Positions 53,041 through 62,253 of a stretch of 64,000 nucleotides of DNA are shown here, in pieces. The number at the start of each line of letters is the position of its first letter. The first letter of the stretch is position 1. Source of the DNA: Planctomycetota bacterium (GTDB lineage: Bacteria > Planctomycetota > UBA1135); assembly GCA_045047305.1 (NCBI GenBank), contig JASFYO010000036.1:14326-78325 (forward strand). The letters are read 5' to 3'. The translations under genes were made by a program, and so were the position numbers. Below the pieces are notes generated by a model that saw nothing but the letters and a program-made list of their open reading frames with translations, did no database searches and was not told the DNA's origin.

Positions 53041-53885
53041 GAGGGAAGTCGCGACTCTAAAGTCGTCCGGGCTTCTGCCAGGACCTCACCAGGATACGAC
53101 GGCGCAACCGCCAAGATGCGCGTGGAGGTCCGGGGAAGGTAGTCAGCAACCAAGCTCCAATCGACTTGGCCGATGCCAGGTGGTAAGTGATCTGCCCCGC
53201 CTGCGAAGTCATGCAAAGTACTTCCATGCAATGAGTTAGAGAATCTATCCAGCCATTCACCTGGATGCTCCAAGCCGCCTGCATGACGCTTTTCCAAGAG
53301 CCCAGAATCGTGCCAAAATCCTATTTTCAAATCCCGAATTTCATGCAGCAAAAGCTCCATCCGGGCAGGATTCAACAAGCTAGCAGCGGAGGCTTCAGGG
53401 CAAATCGCGATGCGCAAACCTGCTGCGCTACGTCGTAACTCGTGTAGGTACCCCGCAAACCGCTCCAGCTGGCGCTCCGACTCCAACTCTGACTGGACTA
53501 AAATTTCCTCAACCACCTCTTCTTCCGGCTGAATACGCTCTCCAGCATGGACCCGTGCCAAAAGCTTGCCAGCGCGCAAACGCAAGGCGGCGCGTGAGTC
53601 GAGCCCCGCAGGAACCACGACCTGACTGCAAGAATGGCACTTGAGTGAGCGCAAAGTGACGCTAATCGGCACCTCTTGCCACAGGGGTAGCTCTTCTTTG
53701 CCCTCTCCTAGTGCCGACAGACTTAGAGCCGAAACGTAGTTGGGGGCTTGGAGGCCAGATACAGATCCTGCCAAAGGGCCGGGGCGGAACATGCCCAAAC
53801 CGCGGAATCCATGCATCCGTGCTTGCTCCAACTGCCCTAAAAGACCGTCAGATTGGGTTCCGAACCATAGGTTGGCGAGTTCCAT
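53037..53885 (-). CDS. Hypothetical protein, possibly a xylose-isomerase-like TIM-barrel
   Basis: Support is weak. The C-terminal STLHDFAGGADHLPPGIGQVDWSLVADYLP resembles the sugar-phosphate isomerase/epimerase pattern. Starts are ATG 53885 or TTG 53924. Confidence 0.35.
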   Translation of the reverse strand: MELANLWFGTQSDGLLGQLEQARMHGFRGLGMFRPGPLAGSVSGLQAPNYVSALSLSALGEGKEELPLWQEVPISVTLRSLKCHSCSQVVVPAGLDSRAALRLRAGKLLARVHAGERIQPEEEVVEEILVQSELESERQLERFAGYLHELRRSAAGLRIAICPEASAASLLNPARMELLLHEIRDLKIGFWHDSGLLEKRHAGGLEHPGEWLDRFSNSLHGSTLHDFAGGADHLPPGIGQVDWSLVADYLPRTSTRILAVAPSYPGEVLAEARTTLESRLPS

Positions 53886-54036
53886 TTCCTCATTTTCGCC
53901 AAAATTTGCCGTACTGGGAAGCAATTCTGGCCGCCAATGAGGATTGGGATTCCCCCAGGCCGTAATTTTTCTCTAAAATAGGGACACTTCGGCTAATTGA
54001 CGCGGAATAATCCGCCCCATCCGAAGTCTAAGAAAC

Positions 54037-54720
54037 ATGATTCGATTCCTTCTGCCCGTTCTTCTTCTGGCGTTTGGCTCTTGCCAAGTCCCAAACCAAA
54101 GCAGTAAAGCTTCTTCCACTCAGGCCGCCATGGCTGTGGAAGTTGCTGACGATGCAGCTTGTACCGACTATGAAGAGGCAACCAGCGCCTCCATGGAAGC
54201 ACCAAGCGATTGTTGTGGCGCGGATGCCGATGTCACCGCCACCGCTATGGCAGCTGAGAGCGATTGCTGCTCCGAAGGTGCTGAAGTGGCCATGGCCGCC
54301 AACATGGATGCATGCGCAATGCAAGCCGCTGGTGTCTGCGCAGACGGAGACGACTGCCCAATGCAAGCTGCTGGCAACGAAGATTGCGACATGATGGGCA
54401 CCAAAGATTGCCCTATGGAGCAAGCCAAAGCGAAGGCTGCTGCTGCAGCTGCTGTCCAAGCAAGCCTGATCATGGGTGAAGGCTGCTGCGCCGGCAAAAC
54501 CGTCGCAGAAGCTTGTCCTGATTGTGCTGCCAAAGCAACTGCTGCTGCAATGAAGCAGTGCGAAGGTATGGACCCAGCCGAGTGCGAAGCTAAAGGTGGA
54601 TGTCCAAGTATGGAGGCTCCGGCTTCTGTGAAGACTGGTGCGACCGAAGCCACTCAGGCTGGTGCCGCAAAGGAAGACTCCTCTTGCTGCTCTAGCAAGT
54701 CTGCTGAACCTTCTAACTAA
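54037..54720 (+). CDS. Acidic, Cys/Met/Ala-rich putative lipoprotein (candidate metal-binding protein)
   Basis: The leader is MIRFLLPVLLLAFGS|C. I count 20 Cys (four CC pairs) and 15 Met in 227 aa. Recurring units are (D/E)-C-(P/D/A)-M (DACAMQAAG, DDCPMQAAG, EDCDMMG, KDCPMEQA), SDCC x2 and SMEAP x2. Confidence 0.7.
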   Translation: MIRFLLPVLLLAFGSCQVPNQSSKASSTQAAMAVEVADDAACTDYEEATSASMEAPSDCCGADADVTATAMAAESDCCSEGAEVAMAANMDACAMQAAGVCADGDDCPMQAAGNEDCDMMGTKDCPMEQAKAKAAAAAAVQASLIMGEGCCAGKTVAEACPDCAAKATAAAMKQCEGMDPAECEAKGGCPSMEAPASVKTGATEATQAGAAKEDSSCCSSKSAEPSN

Positions 54721-54735
54721 GCTTCTTCAACCACA

Positions 54736-54775
54736 AAAACCGTCACCCGTTTACGCGGGTGACGGTTTTCTTTTT
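54736..54775. terminator. Bidirectional rho-independent terminator between the Cys/Met-rich gene and purB
   Basis: Stem CCGTCACCCG (54740..54749) pairs with CGGGTGACGG (54756..54765). It is flanked by AAAAA and TTTTCTTTTT. Confidence 0.7.
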
Positions 54776-54789
54776 GCAGCAACAGCAGC

Positions 54790-56229
54790 TCAAACCTTAA
54801 TCCCGCCTTCTGGAACCGAAACGTCGGAACGCTCGGCAAGCACTGGCGCGACCACTTCCTGCAAGTACTCCTCCACCTGTTCTGGGGCGCGTCCAACGAA
54901 GTGCTTAGGGTCGACGAGATCGTGGAGCGTATCCGCAACCGCCGCAAAAGCAGGGTCGGCAGCAATACGTTCGAGCAAATCGTTTTGTCCATCCCCTGCC
55001 TTCAAGCGGAAGGCGGCCTCATGACTATGCACGCGAATCAACTCATGCAGCTCCTGGCGATCGCCGCCGGCCTGAACACACGCCATCAAAATCGATTCCG
55101 TAGCCATGAAAGGCATCTCCTTCGCTAAGTTTTGCCCGATGACATTTGGATAAGGCACCAAACCCGAAGCCACGTCCTGTACTAGCAGCAAAATAGCATC
55201 GGCAGCAAGGAAGGACTCAGGAATCACAATGCGTCGGTTGGCCGAGTCATCCAAAGTGCGTTCCATCCACTGATTCGATGCCGTATCCAAAGCGTTCGGC
55301 GCCAAATGCAAAAGGTAGCGCGACAATGCGCCAATACGTTCACTGCGCATAGGATTACGTTTGTAAGGCATCGCGGAAGAACCAATCTGCTTCTTGCCAA
55401 ATGGCTCCTCCAACTCGCGACGATGAGCCATGAGGCGGACGTCGACGGCAAATTTGGAGGCGGATGCTGCAATACCAGAGACCGCGTTCAGCACCACGCC
55501 ATCCCATTTGCGCGGGTAGGTTTGCCCACAAACGGAAACACTACGCGAGAAACCCATGCGCTTGGTAATGCGCTCGTCCAACTCCCGCACTTTTTTGTGG
55601 TCGCCATCGAATAGCTGCAAAAAGGAAGCCTGGGTGCCTGTAGTTCCCTTGACGCCACGGAATGGCAGGCGTGCAAGCGCATCCTCCACCTCTTCCAAGT
55701 CGAGCATGAAATCTTGCAGCCACAAGCAAGCACGCTTGCCCATAGTGGTTGGCTGTGCCGGCTGAAAGTGAGTGAACCCCAAAACCGGCAAATCCTTTTG
55801 TTCACGGACAAACCCAGAGAGCGCCCGAATCACACCGACTAGGCGTGCGCGTAGAATTCCTAAACCGCGTTGCATGCAAACCAAATCGGCGCCATCGGCC
55901 ACGTAACAAGAAGTGGCACCTAGGTGGATGATCGGCATGGCTGCTGGAGCTTTTTCTCCATAAGCATGCACATGAGCCATGACATCGTGACGCAACTCGC
56001 GTTCGAGATCCGCAACCCGATCGAAATCGATGTCTTCTCGTGCGTCCTTAAGCTCCTGCACCTGTTCCGCGCTGATGGCGAGGCCAAGCTCGCGTTCGCT
56101 TTCAGCAAGAGCAATCCAAAGATCGCGCCAGACTAAGGACCGGCTGCGGTAGGAAAAGTTTCTCTGCATGGCGCTACTGGCGTAGCGGGTGGCGAGTGGA
56201 GAAGAGTAGGTGTCGTGGGTGTCCGTCAT
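54790..56229 (-). CDS. purB: Adenylosuccinate lyase
   Basis: The start at ATG 56229 gives MTDTHDTYSSPLATRYASSAMQRNF. The fumarate-lyase signature GSSAMPYKRNP is present. The 48 extra residues of the track ORF overlap the VanZ gene. The ATG overlaps the VanZ stop as ATGA. Confidence 0.9.
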   Translation of the reverse strand: MTDTHDTYSSPLATRYASSAMQRNFSYRSRSLVWRDLWIALAESERELGLAISAEQVQELKDAREDIDFDRVADLERELRHDVMAHVHAYGEKAPAAMPIIHLGATSCYVADGADLVCMQRGLGILRARLVGVIRALSGFVREQKDLPVLGFTHFQPAQPTTMGKRACLWLQDFMLDLEEVEDALARLPFRGVKGTTGTQASFLQLFDGDHKKVRELDERITKRMGFSRSVSVCGQTYPRKWDGVVLNAVSGIAASASKFAVDVRLMAHRRELEEPFGKKQIGSSAMPYKRNPMRSERIGALSRYLLHLAPNALDTASNQWMERTLDDSANRRIVIPESFLAADAILLLVQDVASGLVPYPNVIGQNLAKEMPFMATESILMACVQAGGDRQELHELIRVHSHEAAFRLKAGDGQNDLLERIAADPAFAAVADTLHDLVDPKHFVGRAPEQVEEYLQEVVAPVLAERSDVSVPEGGIKV

Positions 56230-56723
56230 CGGAAGAAGGAAAGTGGAAGTTCCGGAGCAAAGGAAGGCAGGCAATTCCATGCCAAACCCAAAGCTAGAAG
56301 GAATACCAAAGGGATCGCATGGTGGCGAATCCACTGTGGTGTCTGCGAGAGATGAGCGACGTAGGCGCCACAAAAGGCACCGTAACCATCACTTCCGAGA
56401 TCCCACAGAGAAGAAGATCGGTCGCCGACATAGCCTTGATGAAGTTCGTCCAGAACTCCAATACTGAGTGCGAAAACCACAGCCAAGCTCCAGTCGGCAA
56501 GAGAATTGCTGGGGCGCTTTAGCGCGAGTAACAAGCTTAAACCAACACCGGCGTACATAGGTTGATGCAGCAGGTTGGTAAAATAAGACCAAGCGCCGCC
56601 AGCACTTGCAGGTCGGTAGCCGCCGGGTAGACCACCCAGGATATAGATGGCAAGTAGAGCGCCCAGACACGCAGCGATGCGCACCGACTTAGGAAGTTCT
56701 AGGAGCCGGTCGTAGCGCATCAT
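56226..56723 (-). CDS. VanZ-like family membrane protein
   Basis: It has four helices and the motif VLDELHQGYVGDRSSSLWDLGSDGYGA. Confidence 0.65.
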   Translation of the reverse strand: MMRYDRLLELPKSVRIAACLGALLAIYILGGLPGGYRPASAGGAWSYFTNLLHQPMYAGVGLSLLLALKRPSNSLADWSLAVVFALSIGVLDELHQGYVGDRSSSLWDLGSDGYGAFCGAYVAHLSQTPQWIRHHAIPLVFLLALGLAWNCLPSFAPELPLSFFR

Positions 56724-57580
56724 GCGACAATCGGCTGCAAAAGCATCGAAAGGTCTAGCGCTGGAACCGAATGAGTCAAACCGCCCATGGAAACGCGATC
56801 GATCCCCATGGCTTCAAGGTCGGAGAGCTCATCGATGGAATAGCCACCGCTTGCTTCTAACTCGGCTTGAGGAAATTCCTTGCGCAGCCTAACCGCGACA
56901 TCGCGCAGAGCTTCGCCTTGGAAATTATCCAGTAACACATAAGCAGCACCTGCCGCAAGGGCTGCACGCGCTTGCTCATAGGTTTCCGCTTCAATGCCCA
57001 CTTTACGTCCGCCGGCATGCTGGATCGCAGCAACGACTGTATCCGCATAACTCAAACCAGAAAGCGCAAAGTGATTCTCCTTGAGCAGCAGTTGATCTTC
57101 CAAATCACGCCGATGATTCTCGCCACCGCCTAATACGACAGCTTCTTTCTGCGCATCGCGTAACAGCGGAACGGTTTTTCGAGTATCCAAAACTCGCACA
57201 GCCCCTGCATTCGCTACAGCCTTTGCGGTTTGCGTTGCGACACCACTAAGTTGCTGCATGAAGTTCAAGGCGGTGCGTTCCGCAGCAAGAATGCCGACGG
57301 CAGAGCCGGTGCAGCTAAGCACCTTTTCTCCGGCAATCACAGCATCTCCATCTTGCTTCCACCACTGGATATCCATGCTGGGATCACATTGAAGCAAAGC
57401 AGCATCAGCGTAAATGCAGCCAGCTAAAACCCCATCTGCACGGGCAATAATCTGTGCTGTGGCACGCGCAGTCGGCGGCACGACTGCCGAGGATGTGGCA
57501 TCTACCGTCGCATGATCTTCCTCGAGAGCCAAAGCCACCATGCGAGTGACAGCCTCGAGGCGTTCAGAACCCCTATTCAT
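56720..57580 (-). CDS. nadC: Nicotinate-nucleotide pyrophosphorylase (quinolinate phosphoribosyltransferase)
   Basis: Motifs are VLDTRKTVPLLRDAQKEAVVLGGGENHR and YVLLDNF. Confidence 0.88.
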   Translation of the reverse strand: MNRGSERLEAVTRMVALALEEDHATVDATSSAVVPPTARATAQIIARADGVLAGCIYADAALLQCDPSMDIQWWKQDGDAVIAGEKVLSCTGSAVGILAAERTALNFMQQLSGVATQTAKAVANAGAVRVLDTRKTVPLLRDAQKEAVVLGGGENHRRDLEDQLLLKENHFALSGLSYADTVVAAIQHAGGRKVGIEAETYEQARAALAAGAAYVLLDNFQGEALRDVAVRLRKEFPQAELEASGGYSIDELSDLEAMGIDRVSMGGLTHSVPALDLSMLLQPIVA

Positions 57581-57908
57581 CCCTATATTCTAACGAAGCG
57601 TACCAAGCCGCTACATCCCTAGCTGTAGTCTCCCCGACGCCAGGAAGGAGTGCCAAGCGTGGTGGCGTAAGTGGCAGCTGCAAGAAAGCCCGATGCTCCA
57701 CAATCTGACCAGCACGGTAGGCCCCAACTCCTGGCAACCAACTGAGACGCAAGGCGTCGTCGTGGGCGAGGTCTGGGACCAAAGTTTCGGGACCACCACC
57801 GGGGGCGGTCCAGCCGGGCAAGCGTTCTGCATGGGGTAATGCAACACCACGGATGGCGGCAAGCAGTAACAGGGCGGCAAGCAAGATGTCGTGGGTCCAA
57901 TTGTGCAC
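57573..57908 (-). CDS. ComEA-like helix-hairpin-helix protein
   Basis: An N-terminal helix is followed by two HhH motifs (LPGVGAYRAGQIVEHR and LPGVGETTARDV). Confidence 0.55.
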   Translation of the reverse strand: MHNWTHDILLAALLLLAAIRGVALPHAERLPGWTAPGGGPETLVPDLAHDDALRLSWLPGVGAYRAGQIVEHRAFLQLPLTPPRLALLPGVGETTARDVAAWYASLEYRDE

Positions 57909-57922
57909 CCAATGAAGACGAC

Positions 57923-58675
57923 TTAAGCAGCGCTTGGCTCGCCTTTTTCTTGCTGGCGTAAAAGATGGTCGATCGCAAGGTCCACGGCTTCGTCATCTTG
58001 GAGTAAAAGCAAAGGCGAACCGCGGAGTTTGCCTGGCACCGCAATGTACACATGTTCCTCCTCCACCATCAAAGTCGCGAGTGGTCCACTTGCGCTTGTC
58101 AGCAATAATGGCCAATCGCCTCCCTTACACAAGACTTCGGGTTGCAGTACCGAACAGGCCTGCAATAGGCGGCGCAAGTAACGCGTTTCGATAGAACCTG
58201 GCAACATGGCAAGATAATCCAAGTTATTGCTGGTGGAAATCATCTCATCTAAGAAGATGAACGGAGTGCGTCGGCCGTTGATCGGTGGCTCTACGCGAAA
58301 GCAGCGCAAGGGAAAAGCGGTGGCCAATAGCTGCAAACGCTCACGGGCGTCATGCGGAAAGTTGGGTGCTAGAAGAAACAGACGCGGCTCATTGGGGCGC
58401 GCGAAGAGGTCGCGGTAACGCTCACCTCCGCCACGCAAGCGCGCGATGAGGAGGAGGATTTGATCGTAGGTGGAAGGGTCGAAAGACTCCACATGGAGCA
58501 TCAAACAAGGCCGCCCTAAGCCGTCCACCCCACAAACGTCGACTGAGATATCAGAGCCCAACTCCAATCCATGCTCAAGCATCCGCAGCCCTGGTTCCAA
58601 GGATTCCGGATGATGCACGAGCCACTTTAAGAATTCATCAAAATCCCAGCTCGGCTTTTCCTTAGGGGGGGTCAC
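57923..58675 (-). CDS. Hypothetical protein with an N-terminal NucS/DUF91-like (PD-(D/E)XK-like) signature
   Basis: The GTG start overlaps the ruvC stop (GTGA). FLKWLVHHPESLEPGLRMLEHGLELGSDISVDVCGVDGLGRPCLMLHVE resembles the nuclease-domain pattern, but the Lys after the Glu is missing. A C7 run sits in codons 2-4. Confidence 0.35.
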   Translation of the reverse strand: MTPPKEKPSWDFDEFLKWLVHHPESLEPGLRMLEHGLELGSDISVDVCGVDGLGRPCLMLHVESFDPSTYDQILLLIARLRGGGERYRDLFARPNEPRLFLLAPNFPHDARERLQLLATAFPLRCFRVEPPINGRRTPFIFLDEMISTSNNLDYLAMLPGSIETRYLRRLLQACSVLQPEVLCKGGDWPLLLTSASGPLATLMVEEEHVYIAVPGKLRGSPLLLLQDDEAVDLAIDHLLRQQEKGEPSAA

Positions 58676-59250
58676 TGAAAAGTCGCTCCAGGAGGAAGCT
58701 TACCGCGATTTCGTGGCTCAATACCCCCAGAATCCCGTGTTTTCAAGGATGTCGCATCTAGGGCGGCCGGAGCGAGCAGCGCACAAGCCGCCACCGCAAG
58801 AGCATCCGATTCGTCCGCCGTAACCGGCTCAAAGTCCACCAGACCATAATGCACAGCAACCAAATGCTCCACTTGGTCCTTGGTTGCAGACCCGATTCCT
58901 GCGACACGAGCCTTGACCGTAGCGGGCGTCAGCTCCACCAGAGGCACGCCAAAGGCCTCTGCGGTCATGAGTACCACCCCGCGGGCTTCACCAATGCGCA
59001 AGGCCGATTGCGCATTCTTACCAAAAAAAGCCGCTTCCAAAGCCACTTCCTGAGGCTGATACTTCTCAAAAACCTCAAGTAAATGCTGGTGCAAACGGTG
59101 CAGCCGAACCCCCATTGCCAGCGGTGCGCGGCCAAGAGTCCAAGCACCAGAATCTATCCGGGCAAGCTGACCACGATCGTTGGACTCGGCAATTGCCCAG
59201 CCCACAACCTGGCTTCCAGGATCAATCCCCAAGATGCGGCGTAGCAACAC
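58672..59250 (-). CDS. ruvC: Holliday-junction resolvase RuvC
   Basis: The N-terminal ILGIDPGSQVVGWAI carries the first catalytic Asp. The fold pattern is RNase H-like and the C-terminal acidic residues are present (ADESDALAVA). Confidence 0.85.
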   Translation of the reverse strand: MLLRRILGIDPGSQVVGWAIAESNDRGQLARIDSGAWTLGRAPLAMGVRLHRLHQHLLEVFEKYQPQEVALEAAFFGKNAQSALRIGEARGVVLMTAEAFGVPLVELTPATVKARVAGIGSATKDQVEHLVAVHYGLVDFEPVTADESDALAVAACALLAPAALDATSLKTRDSGGIEPRNRGKLPPGATFQ

Positions 59251-59259
59251 AGGTGCATG

Positions 59260-62148
59260 CTACTTCTTCGGAAGGTCATGATTCAGCTGCTCTCCTGCGG
59301 TAATCACCAAAGCCTTGGAAGTGTAATCTCCATGATTCACGGTGTAAGTGCCAGGCGCAAGGTCGTTGAAGCTATAACGGCCATCGGAGCCTGTCATGGC
59401 AATATCAACCATGCCACCGTCTTCATCTTGCAACATGATGAGCGCGTTGGGCCCAAACATACTGCGTCCGGTTAACTCTGGATCATAAGTCGCGTCCGCA
59501 CCAGAGATGCTCGCACCCTTTTGTAAGCGATGAGTACCGAGGTCGACGTCGTCCCCTTCCCCTACCTTGAACGGCTCGGAAGTCCAACGCTCATAACCAC
59601 GGGCGCGACATTTCACCACCCAGGTTCCAGCTGGGACATCGGTAAAACGGAAGTCGCCATCGGCGTCAGAAACCGCACTGGCATCATTGGGACTGCCGCT
59701 CGCCATCTGAACCGCTGGGCCTTCACCATTGTCGACCACCATGATGGCAATCCCCTGGGTGCGAGTAGCGCCTTCTTCTCCTCCACTATCGCGTTCTAAG
59801 CTAAGGCTAGCGCCTACCATCGGGCGGCTGTCTGCGAAAAGATTTCCTTTCACCATGGCACCGGGAATCTCGATTTCAAACTCTTGGCTTCCACCTGCAA
59901 GCTCCACTTCCTTTCTCACTTGCGGCGCTTGATTGCCGGCACGCACCACCAAAATGTACTTGCCAGGCTCTTTGGGCTCGAGCAGTGCACGGCCGGATGC
60001 ATTGGTGGTGCTTCCTTTCGGCGTGCTTAAATCCATTCCTTGTGGACCAAGGCCATTCGGCGGATTCTCTAACCAAGCTTGCACTCCACCAGCCGGGCTA
60101 CCGTTTCGGGTAACCAAAACAGAGGCCAACCCTAGGTCATGGATTTTCATGACCACCTCAACTCGCGCATCTCCGCGCACGTCGACCTGCTCCACGGGAT
60201 GCATCGTTCCCTCCTGCAGCGGCCCCCCCAACATGATGACCATGCCACCCATTTCAGCTTCGGCCTCGCGATAGCCAACTTCATAGCGCCCCGATTCCAA
60301 TCGCGGCCAAACTGCACGGCCAGTGGTATCGCTTATTTGGCTTAGAGTCTCACCTTCGCGGTCCAGGGGCTTTAGATAGACATCGACGCGTGGAAGTGCC
60401 ACCTTATCGGGAGTCATGACGAAGACCACTAGCTGCGAGGCTGCGGGAAGCATGACTTCCTCCACCTGCGCATCATCGACTCGATCAAAACGATGGGTGC
60501 GATCCGCGTGGCCCTTGGCATGGACCTCGATCTCGTAAGTGCCTACGGGAACTCCATAGATTACCGCGCGGCCGAAGGCATCGCTGGTGCCACGAAAACC
60601 GCGGCCAATGGAAGTCATGCGCGTTTCGGATTCGGTATCCCCATCCGAGGATGCATCATGCGCGAACTCGACTTCGAAATCCCCCCAGGAACCTTCGGAC
60701 CGAATGTCGTGCAGGGAAACATCGGCTCCAGCAACAGCATTTCCATCTGAGCCCAAAACTGAAACCACCAAATGGCGGGCTGGTTCTAAGGTGACCGCCA
60801 ACCCGCTCACGTTTTCCGTCAACGCGACAGGGAAATCCACCAACTGCCCTAATGGCGAAAAGACTTGCAAGGTGTAATCACCTGGTCGTAATCCCTGAAT
60901 GGAAAAGCTGCCATCTTGCGCTGTCACTTGTTCCGAACCACGACGCATCCCTCCCACATCGCCAAGCTGCGCTTCCAAACTGCGCGCTAGGCGGACTTCC
61001 GCACCGGCAACGGGCTTGCCATTTGGCCCGACCACCTTGCCTGCGAAAGTCAAACTGCGCGTCAGGTGGACCACCAGTTCCTCTCCTGCTGCGGGGAGTT
61101 TCTTGCGCTGGGTTGCGAACCCCTCGCCACGAATCACCACCGAGTCCAACTCGGATTCCAACCCAGCCAAAGTGAATCGACCTTGGCTATCCGTGTGTGC
61201 ACCGATGCGACTCTGCAAAGGAACAGACTCCGACATTTCCGTAAAGCCAATATCAAAGAGCATGCGATTGGGACCTACCACAGCGCCAACCACCGGCCGA
61301 TGATCTTCATCCAGTACCACGCCGCTAACGCTGCGGCCAGCACCCATGTGTAAGTCCAAAGCTTGCGTAACTCCGCGCCCGTTCACCACCACGGGATCGG
61401 CTTGCGCCGGCGCGAATCCATCAGAGAATGCGCGTAAGCGGTAGGTCCCAGCCGGAATACCACCAATTTCATAAGCCCCATTTTCATCCGTCGTGACCTC
61501 GTGATTCACCTGCGATCCCATCATGATCGAGGACCCGCTTTCACTCAGATGAATACGCGACAGGGCAAGCGGATTCCCTTCTGGGTCCAATACGCGCCCT
61601 GCAATCGTATCGGCGGTGGCCAAGGTCAAGGATCCCAAATCTAGCTCTTCGCCAGGCTGCAACGCTGCCAACTGGTAGGACTGTGGAGCCCAAAAATCCC
61701 CGCTACTCACTAATTCTAGGGCGACATCAGAAGGCACTTGCATACGCACCGAGCCACTGGAGTCACTGGCCCCTTCGCCCATAATTTCGGCCTTGCCAAA
61801 GCGTTGCGAAGTTTGTGCGCGTAAGTAACTTCCAGCAATAGCGCGCCCATTGGAATCGACCAACTTAGCTCGAACCCAAGAGGCTTCCTCAGTGCTAGCC
61901 GCAAGCCTGACTGCACCACCTTCGGGATTCATATTCGAACGTGTCATGCCAGCAGGAGCCTCCACCCGGTCGGCAGCTTGAATTCCCTCGGCCTCCGCGG
62001 ATTCGCCTGCAGTGGCGCCGCCGACCGCAGCTGAGACTTGAGTAACCTCCCCTAGCGGATTCACATCCGTCGGCGATTGATAGAAGAAAAACACAGCTCC
62101 ACCACAGAGGGCGAGCAAAACGAGAATGGCTGGGAGAATGCGTGGCAT
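59260..62148 (-). CDS. Signal-anchored multi-beta-sandwich envelope protein, subfamily B
   Basis: ATG 62148 gives MPRILPAILVLLALCGGAVFFFY, a signal anchor. The track start at 62214 adds 22 non-hydrophobic residues. The protein is colinear with 3339..6257 through to the C-terminus (DGDFRFTDVPAGTWVVKCRARGYERWTS versus QGSYVFLDVPDGQWTIIARADGYGTWTS). Confidence 0.8.
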   Translation of the reverse strand: MPRILPAILVLLALCGGAVFFFYQSPTDVNPLGEVTQVSAAVGGATAGESAEAEGIQAADRVEAPAGMTRSNMNPEGGAVRLAASTEEASWVRAKLVDSNGRAIAGSYLRAQTSQRFGKAEIMGEGASDSSGSVRMQVPSDVALELVSSGDFWAPQSYQLAALQPGEELDLGSLTLATADTIAGRVLDPEGNPLALSRIHLSESGSSIMMGSQVNHEVTTDENGAYEIGGIPAGTYRLRAFSDGFAPAQADPVVVNGRGVTQALDLHMGAGRSVSGVVLDEDHRPVVGAVVGPNRMLFDIGFTEMSESVPLQSRIGAHTDSQGRFTLAGLESELDSVVIRGEGFATQRKKLPAAGEELVVHLTRSLTFAGKVVGPNGKPVAGAEVRLARSLEAQLGDVGGMRRGSEQVTAQDGSFSIQGLRPGDYTLQVFSPLGQLVDFPVALTENVSGLAVTLEPARHLVVSVLGSDGNAVAGADVSLHDIRSEGSWGDFEVEFAHDASSDGDTESETRMTSIGRGFRGTSDAFGRAVIYGVPVGTYEIEVHAKGHADRTHRFDRVDDAQVEEVMLPAASQLVVFVMTPDKVALPRVDVYLKPLDREGETLSQISDTTGRAVWPRLESGRYEVGYREAEAEMGGMVIMLGGPLQEGTMHPVEQVDVRGDARVEVVMKIHDLGLASVLVTRNGSPAGGVQAWLENPPNGLGPQGMDLSTPKGSTTNASGRALLEPKEPGKYILVVRAGNQAPQVRKEVELAGGSQEFEIEIPGAMVKGNLFADSRPMVGASLSLERDSGGEEGATRTQGIAIMVVDNGEGPAVQMASGSPNDASAVSDADGDFRFTDVPAGTWVVKCRARGYERWTSEPFKVGEGDDVDLGTHRLQKGASISGADATYDPELTGRSMFGPNALIMLQDEDGGMVDIAMTGSDGRYSFNDLAPGTYTVNHGDYTSKALVITAGEQLNHDLPKK

Positions 62149-62253
62149 GGTCAACGAAGGCTGGGCCTGGATTCTATAACGACCGAGGTAGTCGAACGTT
62201 GGGATTTCTTTCAACTTTTCGTGCCGACCAATTCTAGGTGCTACCCTTTGCGC

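Noticed and set aside
54168-54653. A 161-aa Ala-rich minus-strand ORF and a 106-aa plus-strand ORF (54074..54394) overlap the Cys/Met-rich lipoprotein gene.
   Set aside because: These are by-products of the GCN/GCA-rich codon repeats. Only the 54037..54720 frame has a signal peptide, a sensible start and a terminator right after its stop.
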